This document shows positions 59,752-64,000 of a stretch of 64,000 nucleotides of DNA, in pieces. The notes beneath the pieces are model-generated. The model saw only the letters and a program-made list of their open reading frames with translations. It was not told where the DNA came from and did not search any database. The stretch's first letter is position 1. Each line of letters starts with the position of its first letter. Position numbers and translations under genes: made by a program. Source of the stretch: an uncultured Methanosarcinales archaeon (GTDB lineage: Archaea; Nanobdellota; Nanobdellia; Woesearchaeales; CAYSVS01); NCBI GenBank assembly GCA_964589485.1, contig CAZPRK010000006.1:1-64000 (forward strand), written 5' to 3'.

Positions 59752-60435
59752 ATGAGTAGTATTGATGATGTATTGGATGGAGCAGTGCCTAGTTTTCATA
59801 AAAATGAAAATCTTGAGAAGAAAATAATATTAGAAAAAGAGGATATCATGACGCTACCTGCTTTACAAGCTTATAATGAAATTTTAACTGATGAATGGTT
59901 TGAAACTTTTATGGACATTGAAACAAATTATAGACTATATTACGGGTCATTAGCATCTAGCATTGCGACATTTGTAGGTATGTTATATGATCGTGATTTT
60001 TTCCCCATTTTTGCTGTTTCGGTTGCACTAACTATAGCTTCCCAACACCATATAAAAAATAAACAAAAAAAAATGATTGAGAAAGACAATGCAATAAATT
60101 ATTCAGATTTTTTGTTTAGGATTTATTTTAAAGATATTAAACTAGGTGATAGAATATTGGCACAAGAACATTCTCACTTTAGTTTTGATTACGCAGCATC
60201 AGATGAATCAAGAAAAGTAATTTGTAAATTAGAGTTAGGTGACAAAATTAGTTATGACGACTTAACAACAATTCCAAAATATGCCCCATTAACTGTAGAT
60301 TCAGACATGGGATATGCTGTATTCGATGGCGTTTTAGAATTGCATTCTTCGTTAATTTCAAAGACACCAAGAAAATTTACTGAAAGTTATTTAAAACATA
60401 AAGATATCAGAAGGTTAATTCCAGTATTAAAATGA
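59752..60435 (+). CDS. Hypothetical membrane-associated protein
   Basis: Two central hydrophobic segments; ATGA overlap with trm1. Confidence 0.6.
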   Translation: MSSIDDVLDGAVPSFHKNENLEKKIILEKEDIMTLPALQAYNEILTDEWFETFMDIETNYRLYYGSLASSIATFVGMLYDRDFFPIFAVSVALTIASQHHIKNKQKKMIEKDNAINYSDFLFRIYFKDIKLGDRILAQEHSHFSFDYAASDESRKVICKLELGDKISYDDLTTIPKYAPLTVDSDMGYAVFDGVLELHSSLISKTPRKFTESYLKHKDIRRLIPVLK

Positions 60436-61490
60436 AAGAAGTAGATGAAGGCAAGGCAAAGATAGATGTTCCTAAAGAAGATAAAGTATCTAAGGAATTA
60501 GAAGTGTTTTATAACCCAAATATGGAATTAAATAGAAGTATTTCAATTGCATTGTTAAACTCCATAGAAAATAAAGATATGCAGATAGCCTTACCTTTAG
60601 CAGGAAGTGGAATAAGAGGGATTAGGTTTCTATTAGAGTTAAAGAATAAAATAAAAAATATTTCGATGAACGATTATGATAAAAATGCTTATTCTTTAAT
60701 TATAAAAAATCTAATTAAAAATAGAGCTAAAGCTAATGTTACACAAAAAGATGCAAATTTATTTTTAATGGAAAGTTCTGGATTTGATTATATAGATATT
60801 GATCCTTTTGGAAGTCCAAATTTTTTATTAGATTCTGCTTGTAAACGAATATCAAGAAATGGTATATTGGCTGTAACAGCTACAGATACTGGAGCTTTGG
60901 CTGGAACTTTTAAAGAAGCTTGTTTGAGAAAGTATTTTAGTAAACCGTTAAAAAATGAATTAATGCACGAAATAGGATTAAGAATTCTAATTAGAAAAGT
61001 TCAATTGATTGCTGCTCAATATGAAAAAGCATTAATGCCAATATATTCTCATTCTACGTTACATTATTCTAGAGTTTATTTTAAAGTTGTTAAAGGTGCC
61101 AAGTTGGTTGATGAATTAATTAAAAATCATCTTTATTTTTTATATTGTAAAAAATGTATGAATAGAAAATTTAGTCAATATAATAAAGAAACTTGCGAAT
61201 GTGGAGATGAATTTATTTTTTCTGGACCTTTATGGACAGGACAATTATGGGATAAAGAATTAGCAATGAAAATAGATAAGATAATTAATAATAAAATGAC
61301 TAACTTTATTGTTGAAGAAAGTACAGTTGATGTTGTTGGGTTCTATGATATTCATGAAATTTGTAAAAATTATAAATTACCTATTCCTAAATTAGAATTA
61401 TTGAATGAAAAAAGAACTCATTTCTCAGGATATGGAATTAAAAGTGAAAAAAATATAAAAGAAATTGTTAAAAATTTAACCCATAGCTAA
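60432..61490 (+). CDS. trm1: tRNA (guanine26-N2)-dimethyltransferase
   Basis: VFYNP.MELNR, AGSGIRGIR, DIDPFGSP, VTATD, HEIGLRIL, GPLW.G. Confidence 0.94.
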   Translation: MKEVDEGKAKIDVPKEDKVSKELEVFYNPNMELNRSISIALLNSIENKDMQIALPLAGSGIRGIRFLLELKNKIKNISMNDYDKNAYSLIIKNLIKNRAKANVTQKDANLFLMESSGFDYIDIDPFGSPNFLLDSACKRISRNGILAVTATDTGALAGTFKEACLRKYFSKPLKNELMHEIGLRILIRKVQLIAAQYEKALMPIYSHSTLHYSRVYFKVVKGAKLVDELIKNHLYFLYCKKCMNRKFSQYNKETCECGDEFIFSGPLWTGQLWDKELAMKIDKIINNKMTNFIVEESTVDVVGFYDIHEICKNYKLPIPKLELLNEKRTHFSGYGIKSEKNIKEIVKNLTHS

Positions 61491-61754
61491 ATCCATTTTA
61501 TGAACTTCTGCAGATTGAACACCTTCAACTGTTTTCATTTCATCTGCAATATCGTCAAACTTTTTTCCTTCAATTTCATACATTGCTAAAACCATAACTG
61601 CTTTTAGTCCAAATGCAATAGGTACTTCTTCTGTTCTCATATCGCCAATTGATCCATGTTTTTTTGCAATAGATAAAGCTTCTGATTTAACTTTTTCTAA
61701 GTCTGTTTCTGGTGATTCTGGCATTAATTTAAATGTTATAATAGCATCTGACAT
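61476..61754 (-). CDS. ef1b: Elongation factor 1-beta
   Basis: KLMPESPETDLE, PIAFGLKA. Confidence 0.94.
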   Translation of the reverse strand: MSDAIITFKLMPESPETDLEKVKSEALSIAKKHGSIGDMRTEEVPIAFGLKAVMVLAMYEIEGKKFDDIADEMKTVEGVQSAEVHKMDLAMG

Positions 61755-61765
61755 TTTTCCACCTC

Positions 61766-61936
61766 TTAGTTAGGACCTGTAAACTCGCACTCTGAGCATT
61801 TATATTTTACAGCCTTTTTTCTACAGTCAACACATCTAATAATTTCTTTTTTATCGCAACTAGGACAATTGAAAATTACGCTACCAACAGCGTTACTTAT
61901 TCTAGATTTGCATGAAACACAATATTTTTCTTCCAT
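61766..61936 (-). CDS. Zinc-ribbon protein, DUF1610/HVO_2753 family (not in ORF track)
   Basis: Hand translation MEEKYCVSCKSRISNAVGSVIFNCPSCDKKEIIRCVDCRKKAVKYKCSECEFTGPN; four CxxC; usual archaeal position upstream of EF-1beta; GGAGG RBS. Confidence 0.9.
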   Translation of the reverse strand: MEEKYCVSCKSRISNAVGSVIFNCPSCDKKEIIRCVDCRKKAVKYKCSECEFTGPN

Positions 61937-61986
61937 GAATATTCGCCTCCAAAACTTAAAACTTTAGTAGTTGTTTATAAAAGTTT

Positions 61987-62844
61987 CTATGAGTTTTGAT
62001 TTATTGAATAAATTCCTTTACTTCTAATGATAGATCCATTTGAAAGTAAGACATTAAGCATAACCATATCAACACTAGATGATTGTTTTGCTAATTCTTT
62101 ATAACTTAAAGGACCATTTTTGTTTAATAAGTCTATTAAAGTTAATCCAAAATTATGTTCACTTTTTTTTGATACTTCATTTCTATTTTTTTTTACTACT
62201 CTGAGTCCGCCTCTTGTCCTTTTAATTCCTTTTAATGCAATTTTTCCGTTTTTTTGTTTTATTACTTTTTCTGTTTTGAATAATTTATCAATGTCATGAT
62301 AAACTATCCATTTCGGTATTTCATATTGTTTGGAAGTTAATTTTGCTATTTCAAGACTATTATATTCTTTTTCTTTTAATATTTCAAGAATATATCTTTG
62401 TCTTTCTTTACTTCCTTCTGAAGTAATTTTTTCATCTAATGGAATATTGCTATAAAAACCATGTCCGTAAGAAAATATTTTTTTATTTATTAAGTTTTTA
62501 ATTAGAGTATTAGCAGTATTTAATGGTATTTCGAATTCATAACAAATTTCTTCTAAAATTTTTGACCTTTTTTTAACTTGTCCATCAAGAAGAAATTTAA
62601 TGTATTCATTTTGCTCTTCTTTTTTTGAAGGGTTTACTTTTTTTTCATTAAATTCTCTAGAATAAACTCCTCTGCTTTCTCTTTTTATTAACCCTATGCT
62701 TAATAAGTTATAGAGAGATGATCCAATTGCACTTTTAGACTTTCCGGTTATTTCAGATACATGGGAAACAATGCTATCATATTTTGAACTTCTATTTATA
62801 TTAAGGTATTGCAAAATCTCAGTTCTTACAATATATTTTCTCAT
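61987..62844 (-). CDS. Basic protein with about four tandem winged-helix units
   Basis: Repeated helix-helix-helix-wing endings (LIKRESRGVY, IFSYGHGFY, VIKQKNGKI, IIRSKGIY). Confidence 0.65.
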   Translation of the reverse strand: MRKYIVRTEILQYLNINRSSKYDSIVSHVSEITGKSKSAIGSSLYNLLSIGLIKRESRGVYSREFNEKKVNPSKKEEQNEYIKFLLDGQVKKRSKILEEICYEFEIPLNTANTLIKNLINKKIFSYGHGFYSNIPLDEKITSEGSKERQRYILEILKEKEYNSLEIAKLTSKQYEIPKWIVYHDIDKLFKTEKVIKQKNGKIALKGIKRTRGGLRVVKKNRNEVSKKSEHNFGLTLIDLLNKNGPLSYKELAKQSSSVDMVMLNVLLSNGSIIRSKGIYSINQNS

Positions 62845-62942
62845 AAAACTCAGAATATTTAACTAATTTTAAAAGAATTACTGTAAAACATACAATATTA
62901 TGAAGAAAACTTTATAAATAAGCTCCTAATTTTTAATATTAT

Positions 62943-63458
62943 ATGGCAAAATTACGAAAAGGATGTGCTTATAGGAGAGTAGAAAGACCTTATACTAGGC
63001 ACAGTAAGTATAAAAGTAAAAGTTTTGTAAGAGCTAAACCTAATTTACTTATTGTAAAATTTGATCTAGGCGATGCTTCTAAAGAATTTACAAATAAAAT
63101 TGATTTAGTTTCTAAGGAGCATTTACAAATAAGGCATAATGCATTAGAATCAGCAAGACAAACTGCAAATAGAGTTTTAGAAAAAGGTTTAGGTAAAGGT
63201 AATTATCATTTAAAAATTAGAGTTTTTCCTCATCATATTCTTAGAGAAAACCCTTTAGCTTCAGGAGCTGGAGCAGATAGAATGTCAACTGGAATGAAGA
63301 AATCTTTTGGGAAAGTTATTGGTGTTGCGGCTAGAATTAAGGAAGGTCAAGCTATAATGACATTGAGAGTTAACCAGAATCAAGTAAAAACAGGGAAATT
63401 AGCTTTAAAAAGAGCAAGTCATAAATTTGCATGTAAATGTGCTATACTTGACGTTTAA
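62943..63458 (+). CDS. rpl10e: 50S ribosomal protein L10e/uL16
   Basis: QIRHNALESAR, FPHHILREN, GAGADRMSTGM. Confidence 0.97.
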   Translation: MAKLRKGCAYRRVERPYTRHSKYKSKSFVRAKPNLLIVKFDLGDASKEFTNKIDLVSKEHLQIRHNALESARQTANRVLEKGLGKGNYHLKIRVFPHHILRENPLASGAGADRMSTGMKKSFGKVIGVAARIKEGQAIMTLRVNQNQVKTGKLALKRASHKFACKCAILDV

Positions 63459-64000
63459 ATTTTATGTGCATCTTCTAATTTGATACATTTATACTTTTTA
63501 GAAAACTCTTTAGGTATATTCTTAATTAAATCTGTCTTACTTAGAAAAACAAACATTGGTTTATTTAATTTATTCATTTCATCGTATAATTTTTCTTGAT
63601 CTGATAAAGGGTAAGAACTTTCAGTTAAATCAAATACATATATTATTTTTTCAGCTAAGTATTTTAATGCTAGGTAAGCTTGTCTTTCGTGGATATTCAT
63701 CTTATTAAATCTATTTAAAGTACCAGGAGTGTCTATAAATTGAATTTTTTGTTTATCATCTTCATAATATCCTAAATTTATTCCTTTTGTTGTAAATGCG
63801 TAATTTGCGATTTCTGCTTTTGCATGTGTTATTTTTGCAAGTATGGTTGTTTTTCCCACATTTGGAAATCCTGCAATTGCAATAGTTTTCATTGAAGTTT
63901 TTATTGATGGAAAATGTCTCATTACTTTTCTAGATTCTTCAATATTTGCAAGGTACGTTTTCATTTGTTTCATTAAACTACTAACTCTTCCATAAAATTC
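63455..64000 (-). CDS. NOG1-family GTPase (5' part outside window)
   Basis: GFPNVGKTT, YAFTTK, DTPG, SKTD. Confidence 0.88.
   Translation of the reverse strand, partial: EFYGRVSSLMKQMKTYLANIEESRKVMRHFPSIKTSMKTIAIAGFPNVGKTTILAKITHAKAEIANYAFTTKGINLGYYEDDKQKIQFIDTPGTLNRFNKMNIHERQAYLALKYLAEKIIYVFDLTESSYPLSDQEKLYDEMNKLNKPMFVFLSKTDLIKNIPKEFSKKYKCIKLEDAHKI

Noticed and set aside
59680..59799. N-terminal extension of ABCE1
   Set aside because: It overlaps the divergent gene and promoter region; the conserved start is MTRIAVID at 59679

Overview
AT-rich, gene-dense archaeal chromosome segment. Markers are rpl21e-rpo4-DUF655, rpl10e, EF-1beta, ABCE1, Trm1, PolB3 with PIP box, NreA, SepF and TATA boxes just upstream of start codons. 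The short AlaRS, bacterial-type ThrRS, KKG/KKA-type pilin-like genes and compact overlaps suggest a DPANN archaeon, probably Woesearchaeota (inference). Bases 1-10262 are the right part of an integrated element: a tyrosine integrase, a type I R-M system split into two units each headed by a small ribbon-helix-helix (RHH) gene, a Cas4/RecB-like nuclease, an SGNH hydrolase and small DNA-binding genes. It ends in a doubled att-like repeat resembling a tRNA-Gly 3' end. The rest is host DNA: membrane PPase, peptidases, glmS-glmM-glmU, translation genes, and a 12.5-kb surface locus (four pilin-like genes with two assembly gaps, a 12-PKD giant protein, a CARDB/FN3-lipase). The most striking item is a single ORF (19943-22258) fusing a pore-less voltage-sensor domain to an APC amino-acid transporter and a C-terminal methyltransferase-fold domain. 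Five small genes missing from the ORF track were found by hand. No CRISPR array, rRNA or intact tRNA was seen. All calls come from motif reading; no database searches were run.
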